Of a DNA stretch of 64,000 nucleotides, positions 1-9,703 are shown piece by piece (positions within the stretch are counted from its first letter, which is position 1; every line of letters starts with the position of its first letter). The translations under genes and the position numbers were made by a program. The DNA comes from a virus. Where the stretch lies: positions 1 through 64,000 of IMG/VR virus record IMGVR_UViG_3300035703_000027; one strand, written 5' to 3'. Under the pieces are notes generated by a model. That model was not told the DNA's origin and ran no database searches. It was given only the letters and a program-made list of their open reading frames with translations.

Positions 1-2
1 GG

Positions 3-233
3 GACTTCCCGACGGTCAACTATGACGGCCCGCTAGAAAGCTGGTGGGAGACAGACTTCCGCGCAACGATGCACGCCGCCCCGCAGCCCCTGAGCCAGGA
101 GGCGCGCGAGAAGCGCAAGCCCCTGCCACCCGACGTGCTGGTGGGCGGCAGCGCCGAGCCTGTCGAGTCGGTGGGCCCGCCGCCCCAGGGGCGTGCGGCG
201 CGGACTGTGCGCAACGCAAAGAGGAGGGAGTGA
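3..233 (+). CDS. 3' end of a gene truncated by the window edge (hypothetical; position compatible with terminase small subunit)
   Basis: Open frame DFPTVNYDG...NAKRRE, stop TGA 231-233 overlapping the next ATG; not in the ORF track because its start is outside the window. Confidence 0.45.
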   Translation, partial: DFPTVNYDGPLESWWETDFRATMHAAPQPLSQEAREKRKPLPPDVLVGGSAEPVESVGPPPQGRAARTVRNAKRRE

Positions 234-535
234 TGGGCGTGCCCCTGGAGGCCCTCGCGGGCATCGGCAAGGCGTTCAAGCGCGCAGGGGTGGAAACCTG
301 CGACTGTGACGACCTCAACCGCCTGATTGCGGTGCTGTCGCCCCTGTTCGCGCCCGGGTACGACGGCCAGGTGGCCGCCCATGAGCGGACGGGCGAATCC
401 ACCCGGGTGCCGGCGTCGGTGTTCACGGCCGTGCTGCGGGCGATCGAGCGGCACGGGGTGACGGTCATCCACGCGGACGACTGCCACGCCATCCTGGTGG
501 CCCTCACGCCGATGTGCCAGCAGGCGGCGCGATGA
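233..535 (+). CDS. Hypothetical protein (100 aa)
   Basis: GAGGAGGGAG RBS, TGATG overlap upstream and ATGA overlap with terL. Confidence 0.6.
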   Translation: MGVPLEALAGIGKAFKRAGVETCDCDDLNRLIAVLSPLFAPGYDGQVAAHERTGESTRVPASVFTAVLRAIERHGVTVIHADDCHAILVALTPMCQQAAR

Positions 536-2571
536 AGTCCCGTTACCCCAAGGGCCCCGCCGGCTGGGGCTCGTCCGAGGCCTATGCCGAGCTTTACGCC
601 CGCCTCTCCGCCGGGTCGGACCTCCGCGGCGAGGTGGTGCCGCTTCCCACGTTCATGGAGGATGCGGGCTGGGCGGACTTGCCCCTGCGCCCGCGCCAGC
701 GGCTGCTGCTCAAGGTGGCCGACAACGCCATCCACGGGCGCGAGCTGGACGAGGGGCTCGCCCTGGTGCCCCTCGTCGGGGCGCACGCCGTCGATACGGA
801 GGACGACCCCGAGGTGTCCACCCGGCTGGCCCGGCTACACGACCACGCGGTGGCCTTCGACGCGGCCCTCGGGGCCTACGTGTACGACGAGGTGGCGGAC
901 TGGGCCTACCTGCTCGCCGGCCACAACCAGTACGCGCGGGTGCTCTCGACCTACCAGCCCGGCAACCGCGGCTCTGAACCCCTGACGCTGGTGTTCATCA
1001 TGGGCCGCGGCAGCTCCAAGACCACCTACCTCAGCGCGGGCATCTCCGCCTGGGCGACCTACCGGATCCTGTCGAGCGCGAGCCCGCACGGGATGTTCGG
1101 CCTGGCGCCCGTGAAGCCGCTGCGCGTGCAGAACGTCGCGACCAGCGCGGTGCAGGCGGGCGAGTTCTTCGATTCGTTCCGCACCATCCTGGAGCGCACG
1201 CCCTGGTTCGCCGGGCGCCACGAGCCGCCCGGCGCCGGGCTCATCAAGTTCGAGCCGCACCTGTACGTCGAGAAAACCAGCTCCAACAGCCGCTCCAGCC
1301 GCGGCCGTGACACGGTGGTGTACGTGCACGACGAGATCGCGTTCGCGGACAAGACGCAGGGGCCGCGGAGCGACCGCAAGCTGTATGACGCCATTCGCAA
1401 GGCGGTCAAGACCCGCGCGCGCGGGCAGGGGCTCGTGGTGGTGGTCAGCAGCCCGGCCGAGGCCGACGGCGTGCTCTACGAGCTGTACTCGCAGGCGGAG
1501 GCCGGCACCCTCGCGCAGGCGATCGTGGTGCAGATGGCGACATGGGAGTCCATCCCCGGCCAGTCGAAGGCGGACTATGCCGCCGAGTACACCGCCGACG
1601 GCGACGTGGCGGATATGGAGTACGGCGCGCAGTTCTACAGCGGGGCCAGCAACCTGCTGCCCGCCATCGCGGGGCGCATCCCCGGGATGGAGGAGACGTA
1701 CAAGACCGTCACGGGGCTGCCCGGCCCGATGCCGCTGGAGCCGCTGCGGGACGCGAACGAGGAGGTGGCGTGGAAGCAGGCCCAGCGGCGCTACCCGCGG
1801 GTGGCGCACGTGGACACCAGCGCGGGGGGCGACCGCACGGTGCTGGTGCTCGCGCATGTGCGGGACCGCCGGGTGGTGGTGGACCTCGTGCGCGCCTGGG
1901 ATCGCGAGGTGGCGTTCAGCCGGGAGCTGCTGCCCTTCATCAAGCGGGTGGCGGCCCGGGTGCCGCTCGACCAGGTGACGTTCGACCAGGCGGACAGCTT
2001 GCAGCTCATCCAGGACCTGAACGACGCCGGCATCACGGCCATGAAAACGGCCTTCACCGCGCAGTACAACGACGCGATCGCCCGCAACCTCAAGACCATC
2101 GTGACGGAAGGCCTGCTCGCGCTCTACCCGCTCGCCCCCGAGGTGGGGCTGCACATCGAGCGCCAGCTCGCCACCGGCGCCTGGCAGGACGACCCGGCTC
2201 TGTGGCCGCAGGTGTCGATGGGCATCTTGCACCGCGAGCTGGCCGCCGCCAAGAAAACCGTGCGCGGCGCCTTCCTCGCGGCCGAGGCGCCGACGGCGGG
2301 CCCGGTGCAGACGGACGACTGCCTCGACGCCCTGATGGCCGCCGCCTACCAAGCCATGAAGCTCGTGGGCGGACTCGGGGAGTTCTTCACCGTGGCCCGA
2401 GGCCCCGAGGGGCTACAGGCCTCCGAGCGGCGCGAGCTGGACGGCGCCCCCGTGGCAGACAGCCGGCGCGACGTGCTGTGCCCCCACCACCGCGGCTGGG
2501 TGACGGTGGACGCCCGCGAGCGCATCGTGCCGTGCCCGACGTGCAAGGGGCTGATTCAGGCGCGGCTCTGA
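532..2571 (+). CDS. terL: Terminase large subunit with C-terminal Zn ribbon
   Basis: Walker A FIMGRGSSKT, Walker B VYVHDE, coupling motif VVSSP, RNase H-like nuclease AHVDTSAGGD...FDQ...DDCLDA; C-terminal CPHH...CPTC. Confidence 0.88.
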   Translation: MKSRYPKGPAGWGSSEAYAELYARLSAGSDLRGEVVPLPTFMEDAGWADLPLRPRQRLLLKVADNAIHGRELDEGLALVPLVGAHAVDTEDDPEVSTRLARLHDHAVAFDAALGAYVYDEVADWAYLLAGHNQYARVLSTYQPGNRGSEPLTLVFIMGRGSSKTTYLSAGISAWATYRILSSASPHGMFGLAPVKPLRVQNVATSAVQAGEFFDSFRTILERTPWFAGRHEPPGAGLIKFEPHLYVEKTSSNSRSSRGRDTVVYVHDEIAFADKTQGPRSDRKLYDAIRKAVKTRARGQGLVVVVSSPAEADGVLYELYSQAEAGTLAQAIVVQMATWESIPGQSKADYAAEYTADGDVADMEYGAQFYSGASNLLPAIAGRIPGMEETYKTVTGLPGPMPLEPLRDANEEVAWKQAQRRYPRVAHVDTSAGGDRTVLVLAHVRDRRVVVDLVRAWDREVAFSRELLPFIKRVAARVPLDQVTFDQADSLQLIQDLNDAGITAMKTAFTAQYNDAIARNLKTIVTEGLLALYPLAPEVGLHIERQLATGAWQDDPALWPQVSMGILHRELAAAKKTVRGAFLAAEAPTAGPVQTDDCLDALMAAAYQAMKLVGGLGEFFTVARGPEGLQASERRELDGAPVADSRRDVLCPHHRGWVTVDARERIVPCPTCKGLIQARL

Positions 2572-2578
2572 GGGGCCC

Positions 2579-2640
2579 GCATAAATCCGCCGGGGTGCGG
2601 ATAGGGGAGGGCAGACACCCCCACCCCCGCCCCGAAAGGA
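2579..2640 (+). promoter_or_regulatory. Class A promoter-like motif GCATA-N15-GGATAG with downstream G/C-rich leader and RBS
   Basis: GCATA 2579-2583, GGATAG 2599-2604, then GGGGAGGGCAGACACCCC...CCCGAAAGGA; one of 10 copies. Confidence 0.75.
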
Positions 2641-2647
2641 ATCCACC

Positions 2648-2830
2648 ATGACGATCGTGACGCTGCACGACCTCGCTGCCCACATCGAGGCCCTGCTGGG
2701 CCCCGAGGGCACGCCGGAGCTGGCCCGCCGAATCGCCGGCTGGCTGTGGGGCTGGGCGCCCATCGCCACGCCCATCACCCCGGAGTGGGTGGCGACGTTC
2801 GACCTGGCCGAGCTGGCCATCAAGCTGTAG
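2648..2830 (+). CDS. Hypothetical protein (60 aa)
   Basis: AAAGGA RBS, directly after class A motif. Confidence 0.65.
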   Translation: MTIVTLHDLAAHIEALLGPEGTPELARRIAGWLWGWAPIATPITPEWVATFDLAELAIKL

Positions 2831-2839
2831 GAGGAAACC

Positions 2840-3031
2840 ATGCCCAAGTGTCCCTGGTGCGCCAAGGCAATCGGCGCAGACTACTCGCAGGTAGGCCGTG
2901 GCGGCCGGAAGTACCACCCGGCCTGCCGTGAGGCCAAGGAGAACGGCGAGAAGGCGCCCGCGAAGCCGCCGAGCAAGCCTCGCAAGACTGATGGCTTCGA
3001 GAACAGCCTGGCGCGTTTCCTGGGCCTGTAG
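2840..3031 (+). CDS. Small Zn-finger protein (CPWC...YHPAC)
   Basis: AGGAGG RBS; C2HC metal-binding pattern. Confidence 0.65.
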   Translation: MPKCPWCAKAIGADYSQVGRGGRKYHPACREAKENGEKAPAKPPSKPRKTDGFENSLARFLGL

Positions 3032-3036
3032 TCCCC

Positions 3037-3068
3037 ACACCCCGAGCCGGGCGGGCAATCCCGGCGCG
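3037..3068 (+). repeat. 32-bp identical direct repeat, copy 1 (copy 2 at 3484-3515)
   Basis: ACACCCCGAGCCGGGCGGGCAATCCCGGCGCG precedes both tandem paralogues. Confidence 0.85.
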
Positions 3069-3081
3069 AAGGAGAACCCCC

Positions 3082-3432
3082 ATGACCAATCAGCAAGAGG
3101 ATCCCCGTGTCGAGGTGCGCGAGGTCGGGATCACCGACCCGCAGGGGCGCGCGGTCGCCCTCCGGGTGCACTACCGCACCGTGACCGTCACCGAGGGCGA
3201 ACGCGGCCGGGCGCCCGGCACCTACTTCCGGTGGCTGGTGGAGGAGGTGCGCATCACCGGGCGGCGCACCAGCCGCGTGGGCAAGGGTTTCAGCGGCGGC
3301 GGCACCTGCGCCACCCCCGAGGAGCGCGAGCAGGCCGTGGCGGCCTGCGTGGTGCACCGCCGGCGCCTGCGGGCGGACCAGTTCGCCCGGGGCCTCAAGC
3401 GCGTGCGAGGCCTGCCGTTGGTGGCCTATTGA
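3082..3432 (+). CDS. Hypothetical protein, tandem paralogue 1
   Basis: Shares REVG.DPQG..VALRVHYR...GGGTCATPEEREQAVAACVV with 3528-3893. Confidence 0.75.
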   Translation: MTNQQEDPRVEVREVGITDPQGRAVALRVHYRTVTVTEGERGRAPGTYFRWLVEEVRITGRRTSRVGKGFSGGGTCATPEEREQAVAACVVHRRRLRADQFARGLKRVRGLPLVAY

Positions 3433-3483
3433 GGCGGGTATGAGCCCCGTGCACCTGGGCGGCCCACAAGTTCCTGAGCAGAA

Positions 3484-3515
3484 ACACCCCGAGCCGGGCG
3501 GGCAATCCCGGCGCG
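3484..3515 (+). repeat. 32-bp identical direct repeat, copy 2
   Basis: Identical to 3037-3068. Confidence 0.85.
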
Positions 3516-3527
3516 CAGGAGGAAACC

Positions 3528-3893
3528 GTGCACGAGCACGAGCAGGAACGCTACGACGTTGAGCGCCCCACCGAAATGCGTGAGGTGGGGCTCAAGGACC
3601 CCCAGGGGTGCGAGGTCGCCCTCCGGGTGCACTACCGCATCGTGACCGTCTCCGAGGGCCATCCCGACCGGGCGCCCGGCACGTACTACCGCTGGCTGGT
3701 GGAGGAATGGCGGATCGGGCAGCGGGGCCAACGCCGCGTGGGCAAGGGCTGGAGCGGGGGCGGCACCTGCGCCACCCCCGAGGAACGCGAGCAGGCCGTG
3801 GCGGCTTGCGTGGTGGAGCGGCGGATGTTGCGGTGGTATCAGTTCACGCTTGGCCTCAAGCGTCTCGGCAGCCTGCCCAAGCCGAACCCATAG
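3528..3893 (+). CDS. Hypothetical protein, tandem paralogue 2
   Basis: GTG start after AGGAGG; high similarity to 3082-3432. Confidence 0.75.
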   Translation: MHEHEQERYDVERPTEMREVGLKDPQGCEVALRVHYRIVTVSEGHPDRAPGTYYRWLVEEWRIGQRGQRRVGKGWSGGGTCATPEEREQAVAACVVERRMLRWYQFTLGLKRLGSLPKPNP

Positions 3894-3921
3894 GCCGGAC
3901 TACCAGGGCAAGGAGCAGACC

Positions 3922-4311
3922 ATGGCGTTTCCACACCGGCTCACGGCCAGCGGCGACTACTGCTACGCCTGCAAGGGCCTCGGCACCTTCGGGCGATCGC
4001 AGGACCCCTGCCGGCGCTGCAAGGGGACAGGCAAGGGCATCACCTGGCGGTTCGAGGACGCCGACGGCGACGCGCGGCGCGAAAGCGCCACGTGCCCCGG
4101 GCTGTCCCTGCACCAGGGGCCGGTGTACGCCCGGTTCTACTTCAACGGAGCCGCGATCTACGACTGGGAGATCAACCTGGCGTGCTCGCCCCGCCTGGAG
4201 GACTTCGGGTACATCGTGCCCGTCGGGCGGCAGCAAGCGGTGATCGCCGCCATCCGCGCCTACGGGGCCGCGGTCAAGGCGCGCATGCGCGCGGCGCAGC
4301 AGGGCCTGTAG
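3922..4311 (+). CDS. Hypothetical protein with DnaJ-type Zn-finger repeats
   Basis: CYACKGLG and CRRCKGTG (CxxCxGxG); AAGGAG RBS. Confidence 0.65.
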   Translation: MAFPHRLTASGDYCYACKGLGTFGRSQDPCRRCKGTGKGITWRFEDADGDARRESATCPGLSLHQGPVYARFYFNGAAIYDWEINLACSPRLEDFGYIVPVGRQQAVIAAIRAYGAAVKARMRAAQQGL

Positions 4312-4338
4312 GCCGGCGCGGGCCCCTTCCCGGGCCGC

Positions 4339-4388
4339 GCATAAACCCGGCGGGGTGCGGATAGGGGTGGGCAGACAGCCCACCCCCA
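4339..4388 (+). promoter_or_regulatory. Class A promoter-like motif with 8-bp leader hairpin
   Basis: GCATA-N15-GGATAG, then GGGGTGGG CAGACAG CCCACCCC. Confidence 0.75.
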
Positions 4389-4406
4389 TCCCGTCAGGAG
4401 CCCCCG

Positions 4407-5498
4407 ATGCGCACCGTTTACCTCGCCGGAGCGAACCGCAGCACCTTGCCCGCCGTCGCCGGCAAGCACGTGCTGATCTCGTATCACGGCGAGGCGATGA
4501 GCCAGCGCGCCCTGCTCGCGGCCCGCGCGGCCCGCAAGGTGGCCGGCCTCATCCTGGATTGCGGCGCGTTCACCGCCTGGTCGAAGGGCCAGCCGGTGGA
4601 CCTCGCGGGCTACATCGCCTTCGTGCGCGAGGCGATCGCCGCCGGGCAGCTCGACCACGCGATCGCCCTCGACGTGATCCCCGGCGCCCCGGGCCGCGCG
4701 CCCTCGGCGGACGAGGTGGCGGCGGCCAAGGCCGAAACCTTCGCCAACCTCGACGCGATGCGCGCGGCCGGCATCCCCACGGCGCGCCTGCTGCCCGTCG
4801 CGACGCTGCACGACGCCGACTGGCAGGGCACCATCGGCGCCTACCTGGCGATGGGCTTCACGTACATCGCGCTGGGCGGCTGCGCCAAGGCCGGCAAGGC
4901 GGAGGCACAGGCCTGGCTCGACGCCGTGTTCGCCGCCTTCCCTGGCGTGGACTTCCACCTGCTGGGCATCACCCGGGCGTGGGCGGACCACTACCCTGCC
5001 CGGTCGGCGGACTCGACGAGCTGGCTTCAGCTCGCGAAGAACCGCCACGCGGAGGGCGGGCGCGGCCTCGCGGCCAACGCCTACGTCGCCAAGGGCCTCT
5101 CGACGGCCGACTACCTGCGGCACCGCCCGACGGCCGAGGTGGCCTGCGGCGGCGGCGCCGACCTGTCGGACGCGACCCTGCGCGCGGTGGGCGCCTTCGG
5201 GATGACCCGCAAGGCGGCCGGCGGCGCCGGGGCGTTCCTGCCGACGGCCGCCAAGGCGATCGACGGGGCGATCCTGGACCTGGTGGCACGCCACGGCTAC
5301 GGCGACGGCGAGGAAATCGACCTCGGCCTGATGGCCGAGTTCGTGGCGGACGAGGTGGCCCGCGGGGCGGCGGTGGCGCCCGCGTTCGCGTGGACCGCGG
5401 CGGACGCGGCCACCAACCGCGCCTTCCGCGCGCGCTTCGCCCCCGCGGTCGTCGTGACCGAGGGCGGCCAGCTCGCTTGGGACTTCCTGGCGGTCTGA
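4407..5498 (+). CDS. tRNA-guanine transglycosylase-like (TGT/DpdA-like) protein, candidate deazaguanine DNA-modification enzyme
   Basis: LILDCGAFTAWSKG, ALDVIPG, YIALGG, FHLLG, SADSTSW motifs typical of phage TGT-fold proteins. Confidence 0.65.
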   Translation: MRTVYLAGANRSTLPAVAGKHVLISYHGEAMSQRALLAARAARKVAGLILDCGAFTAWSKGQPVDLAGYIAFVREAIAAGQLDHAIALDVIPGAPGRAPSADEVAAAKAETFANLDAMRAAGIPTARLLPVATLHDADWQGTIGAYLAMGFTYIALGGCAKAGKAEAQAWLDAVFAAFPGVDFHLLGITRAWADHYPARSADSTSWLQLAKNRHAEGGRGLAANAYVAKGLSTADYLRHRPTAEVACGGGADLSDATLRAVGAFGMTRKAAGGAGAFLPTAAKAIDGAILDLVARHGYGDGEEIDLGLMAEFVADEVARGAAVAPAFAWTAADAATNRAFRARFAPAVVVTEGGQLAWDFLAV

Positions 5499-5505
5499 GC
5501 CCGGC

Positions 5506-5531
5506 GCATAAACCCGGCGGGCCGCGGATAG
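5506..5531 (+). promoter_or_regulatory. Class A promoter-like motif
   Basis: GCATA-AACCCGGCGGGCCGC-GGATAG. Confidence 0.75.
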
Positions 5532-5575
5532 GGGCAGGCGGACACCCTCACCCCCGACCCCGAAAGGACCCCCCG

Positions 5576-6010
5576 ATGCGCATCGTTCTCGTGGCCTGTG
5601 CGGCCAGCAAGGTGGAGCACGCCGCGCCCGCGGCCGAGCTGTACACGAGCGACCTGTTCACCAAGTCGCGCGCCTGGGCCGAGCGCGAGGTCGCCGCCGG
5701 CCGCGCGGACGCCTGGTTCATCCTGAGCGCCGAGCACGGCCTGGTGGCGCCCCGGCAGGTGCTCGCGCCCTACAACACGACCCTGAACGCGATGTCGCCC
5801 GCCGAGCGGCGCGCCTGGGCCGCCCGGGTGTGGGCGGTGCTGGGCCAGGCGTTCGTGGCGCCCGGCTCGCTGGTGTTCCTGGCGGGCGAGCACTACCGCG
5901 CGGCGCTGTCCGCCGCGGCTGCCGCGGAGGGGCACGCGATCGAGGTGCCGATGGCGGGCCTGGGCATCGGGCGGCAAAAAGCCTGGCTCAAGTCCGCGCT
6001 CGCGGCATGA
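5576..6010 (+). CDS. DUF6884-like (YaaA/TGT-associated fold) protein
   Basis: LVACAASK...PAAELYTSDLF...WFILSAEHGLV...PYNTTL...FLAGEHY...GLGIGRQKAWL; start 5576 after AAAGGA (track ORF 4355-6010 is over-extended). Confidence 0.7.
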   Translation: MRIVLVACAASKVEHAAPAAELYTSDLFTKSRAWAEREVAAGRADAWFILSAEHGLVAPRQVLAPYNTTLNAMSPAERRAWAARVWAVLGQAFVAPGSLVFLAGEHYRAALSAAAAAEGHAIEVPMAGLGIGRQKAWLKSALAA

Positions 6011-6021
6011 TGGAGGGCGCC

Positions 6022-8565
6022 ATGAATCCCATCCTTCAGACCACCCTGACCCTCGCGCTGCGGCAGGCCATGGATCCGCTCCAGCGGGACGAAGCCGGGT
6101 TCAGCAACTCCGACTTCGGGCTCGGCTTCCACCTCGCCGCGTCCGGCGACGTGCAGGGGGCCGCGGCGCTGCTGCTGCTCTACCCCCGGCAGTGCGGCAT
6201 CCCCCGGGAGGAGCTGCTCGCGCACCTGGAGCCCGAGGCGCGCGAGGTGGCGTTCACGCGCCAGGTGGCGCGCGAGGCCCTCGCCAAGAAGCGCGAGGCC
6301 TGCCGCGGCAAGCTCGCCTGGCTCGAAGCCGACGGCGTGGTGGCCTTCGTGGGCCTCGGCGCCCCCCCGGCCACGCTGCGCGTGCTGCGGGTGTTCGGCG
6401 AGCGCGGCGCCGGCGGCTACCGCGTGCCGGTGGGCCGCCTGCACCGCCTGCTGCCGCTGCTGGGGTCCGTGGAGCGCCGCGACGAGCTGGCGGCCCTCGC
6501 GGCAGCCAGCGCCCACCTCGACGACGGCTTCGGCGCCGCCCCGACCCCCGTCAGCCGGGAGCCCCGGGACACCGTGGCGCACGTGTCGGTGGCCGAGCGG
6601 GGCGACGGGACGGCCGCGGTCGCCTGGGCCGCGCCCTTCGGGCCGGGCGGCACCGCGGTGCGCGAGGCCGTCAAGCGATTCGGCGGCCGGTGGAACCCCG
6701 AGCACCTGCTCTGGCTGCTGCCGGTGGACCACCTCGGCGGGCTCGCGCGGGCGCTCGCCGACGCCCCCGACGTGGACGCCGCGGCGCTGGAGCCCTACGC
6801 GGACCAGCCCGAGCCGGACCTGACCCCCCGGGCGACGGTGGTGGCCCGCACCGACCGCCACGTGACCTTCACCATGTCGCAGCGCTGCGACGCCGTGTGG
6901 CACGCCGCCAAGGCGCAGGGCGCGCGCTGGGAGCCCAGCATCCGGGGCATCGTGCTGCCGCTCGATCGGCTGGAGGCCTACATGGCGGCCTGCGAGGTGC
7001 AGGCCGCCGAGGCGGACCTGACGGCGCTGCTGGCCGTGTGGCGCGCGCAGCTCGCGGCCCGGGCGGCGACCTTGCAGGCCCGGCTTCAGGTGAGGGCCCC
7101 CGAGGCCGCGCCCAACGGGGTGACGCTGTTCGCGCACCAGCGCGAGGGGATCCGGTTCCTGCTGTCCGCGGGCTGGGACGACCCCGGCATCAAGGGGGCC
7201 ATCCTGGCCGACGACATGGGCCTCGGCAAGACGGTCCAGACCATCCTGGCGGCGCGCCTCAAGGCGCCCACCGGCCGGGTGCTCGTGGTGTGCCCGGCCA
7301 GCCTCAAGGGCAACTGGCGCAACGAGATCCTGTTCTGGCTGGGCGAGGGCGAGCGGGTGCAGGTGCTCAAGGGCAAGCGGGACGTGATCGACCCGGAGGC
7401 CCGCTGGGTGATCGTCAACTACGACATCGTGGGCGCGCACCAGGCCGCGATCGCCAAGGGCGGGTTCGCGGTGGCGGCGCTCGACGAGGCGCACTACTGC
7501 AAGAACCCGGACGCGCAGCGCACGCAGGCGCTCATCGGAGTGGCGCGCAAGGGGCGCAGGGCGCCCGGCCTGCTCGACGCCATCCCGACGGTCTGGGCCC
7601 TGACGGGCACGCCCATCCTCAACCGCCCGGCGGAGCTGTGGCCGTTGCTCAAGGCTATCGGGCACAAGCACGGCGCCTCGTTCTGGCGCTTTGCTATCGC
7701 CTACTGCAACGCCCACCAGACCGAGTGGGGCTGGGAGCTGGGCGGGGCGTCCAACCTCGACGAGCTGGGGGCGGAGATGCGCACGGCCTACCTGCGGCGC
7801 GTCAAGGACGAGGTGCTCGACCTCCCGCCCAAGATCCAGCAGAGCGTGGCCGTGGCGCTGGAGCCGGCCGACCGCAAGGCCTACGAGGCGGCCGTCAAGG
7901 CCATGCTGACGCGCGGCAAGGATCCCGAGGCCCTCGACGACGAGGTGCACGTGCTCGCCGAGCTGAACGCCCTCAAGCTCCAGACGGCCCTCGCGAAGAT
8001 CCCCGCGGCGATCGAGCTGGCGGAGCAGCTCGTGGAGGCCGGCCGCAAGGTCGTCATCTTCACCAACTACACCGAGGTGCTGGACCGCCTCCAGGCCCGG
8101 TTCGGGGCCTCCGCCGTGCGCATCGACGGCAGCGTGGCGGCCGAGAAGCGCACCGCGATCGTCACCCGGTTCCAGCAGGACCCCGGCACCCGCGTGTTCC
8201 TCGGCAACATCCAGGCCGCCGGCGTGGGCCTCACGCTGACGGCCGCGCAGGACGTGCTGTTCGTGGACATGCCCTGGACCCCGGCCCTGCTCGACCAGGC
8301 CGCGGATCGCTGCTACCGCATCGGCCAGACCGGCACGGTCAACGTCCGCTACCTCGAAGCCGAGGGCACCTTCGACGCCGCCCTGACGGCCGCCCTGTCG
8401 GCCAAGCGCGACACGATCGCCTGGTTCGAGGACGCCGCCGCCGGCGAGGCCGAGGGCGACGGCCCCAGGCGCGCCCGCGGCGTGCTGGACGCCGTGCTCG
8501 GCGCCCTGAAGCGGGCCGAGCGCAAGGCTGCCCGGGCAGCGAAGAAGGCCGCCGCAAGCGCCTGA
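6022..8565 (+). CDS. SNF2/SMARCAL1-like helicase with N-terminal HARP-like domains
   Basis: ILADDMGLGKT, VVCPASLK, LDEAHYCKN, LTGTPILNRP, GVGLTLTAA, QAADRCYRIGQ; GGRWNPEHLLW-type HARP-like repeats. Confidence 0.88.
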   Translation: MNPILQTTLTLALRQAMDPLQRDEAGFSNSDFGLGFHLAASGDVQGAAALLLLYPRQCGIPREELLAHLEPEAREVAFTRQVAREALAKKREACRGKLAWLEADGVVAFVGLGAPPATLRVLRVFGERGAGGYRVPVGRLHRLLPLLGSVERRDELAALAAASAHLDDGFGAAPTPVSREPRDTVAHVSVAERGDGTAAVAWAAPFGPGGTAVREAVKRFGGRWNPEHLLWLLPVDHLGGLARALADAPDVDAAALEPYADQPEPDLTPRATVVARTDRHVTFTMSQRCDAVWHAAKAQGARWEPSIRGIVLPLDRLEAYMAACEVQAAEADLTALLAVWRAQLAARAATLQARLQVRAPEAAPNGVTLFAHQREGIRFLLSAGWDDPGIKGAILADDMGLGKTVQTILAARLKAPTGRVLVVCPASLKGNWRNEILFWLGEGERVQVLKGKRDVIDPEARWVIVNYDIVGAHQAAIAKGGFAVAALDEAHYCKNPDAQRTQALIGVARKGRRAPGLLDAIPTVWALTGTPILNRPAELWPLLKAIGHKHGASFWRFAIAYCNAHQTEWGWELGGASNLDELGAEMRTAYLRRVKDEVLDLPPKIQQSVAVALEPADRKAYEAAVKAMLTRGKDPEALDDEVHVLAELNALKLQTALAKIPAAIELAEQLVEAGRKVVIFTNYTEVLDRLQARFGASAVRIDGSVAAEKRTAIVTRFQQDPGTRVFLGNIQAAGVGLTLTAAQDVLFVDMPWTPALLDQAADRCYRIGQTGTVNVRYLEAEGTFDAALTAALSAKRDTIAWFEDAAAGEAEGDGPRRARGVLDAVLGALKRAERKAARAAKKAAASA

Positions 8566-8588
8566 CCCGGCCACGCCCGGGGCGGCTT

Positions 8589-8614
8589 GCATAAACCCGC
8601 TGGCGTGCGGATGG
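8589..8614 (+). promoter_or_regulatory. Class A promoter-like motif
   Basis: GCATA-N15-GGATGG. Confidence 0.65.
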
Positions 8615-8733
8615 GGTCGGGAAGATACCCTGCCCCACCCCGAGCGGGCGCCGCATCCACTTGTTGCCTTTCGGGTACACAACCCCATACCCCGCCGGAT
8701 CTTGCCGGTCGGGCCCATCGAGAGGACATCGCC

Positions 8734-9696
8734 ATGACCACCCGCACCCTGTTGCTCGCCGCGCTTACCCTGACCGGGTGCACGGCCAACACCACCCTCA
8801 ACGTCGCCGCCCCGGTCACGATCGCGGCGCCCGTGAGCGTCACCGCGGCGACGCAGGTGAGCGTCGCCAGCAACACCCTGGCGATCGCCCCGGCGGCGCT
8901 GGCGACGCCGGCCCCGACGCCCTTGCCGACGGCCACCCCCTCGCCGGCGCCCACGCCCACGGCGACGCCGACACCCGTCCGCAAGAGCGGCGGCGGTGGG
9001 AGCGGCGGAGGCGGAGGCGGTCGCAGCGCGCCCGCCCCGGTGCCCGCTCCGACACCCGTGCCGACGCCCACGCCCACGCCACGGCCCGTCGCCTACGCGC
9101 CGAGCAGCCCCACGGGCGCCGGCACGGCCGACGCCGCGCACCTGCTGACGGGCGACACCAGCATATCGAGCGGCAACGGCACCAGCTACGCCCAGACCTT
9201 CAAGGCCACGCGTGACGGCCGGCTCGCGGCGCTCGCGGTGTACTGTTTGGCGGGCGGGCCCGAGTTCAACATCGCCATCCAGGGCGTGGACGCGCAGGGC
9301 CGGCCCGTCGGGCCGGACCTCGGCACCACGGTGCTGGACGGGTCGCAGATGTGGCGGCCCACCCCGCCCTTCAACCCGGACGACGTGTGGCCCGCTGTCA
9401 CGCCCGCGATCGTGCGCTTCGACCCGCCGGTGCCCGTGACAGCCGGGGCCACCTACGCCTGGGTGGCGACCCCGACGGAGGGCAGCCAGCATGCCAAGTG
9501 GGTGGGCACGATGGCCGACGGCTACGCCGACGGCAAGGCGTTCATCCGACTCAGCACGACGTGGAAGCCCATCACGCCCGGCGGGCTCGCGCCGACCGAC
9601 TACAACTTCGAGACGTTCCTGCTGGCGCCCGAGCAGCCGCCCGAAGCCTCCGGCGCGATCGCGGCGACGCCCGAGGCCTCCGGCACGGCCGAGTAG
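8734..9696 (+). CDS. Lipoprotein with Pro/Thr-rich stalk and beta-rich C-terminal domain
   Basis: MTTRTLLLAALTLTGC lipobox; PT repeats and Gly run. Confidence 0.75.
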   Translation: MTTRTLLLAALTLTGCTANTTLNVAAPVTIAAPVSVTAATQVSVASNTLAIAPAALATPAPTPLPTATPSPAPTPTATPTPVRKSGGGGSGGGGGGRSAPAPVPAPTPVPTPTPTPRPVAYAPSSPTGAGTADAAHLLTGDTSISSGNGTSYAQTFKATRDGRLAALAVYCLAGGPEFNIAIQGVDAQGRPVGPDLGTTVLDGSQMWRPTPPFNPDDVWPAVTPAIVRFDPPVPVTAGATYAWVATPTEGSQHAKWVGTMADGYADGKAFIRLSTTWKPITPGGLAPTDYNFETFLLAPEQPPEASGAIAATPEASGTAE

Positions 9697-9703
9697 GGGC
9701 GGC

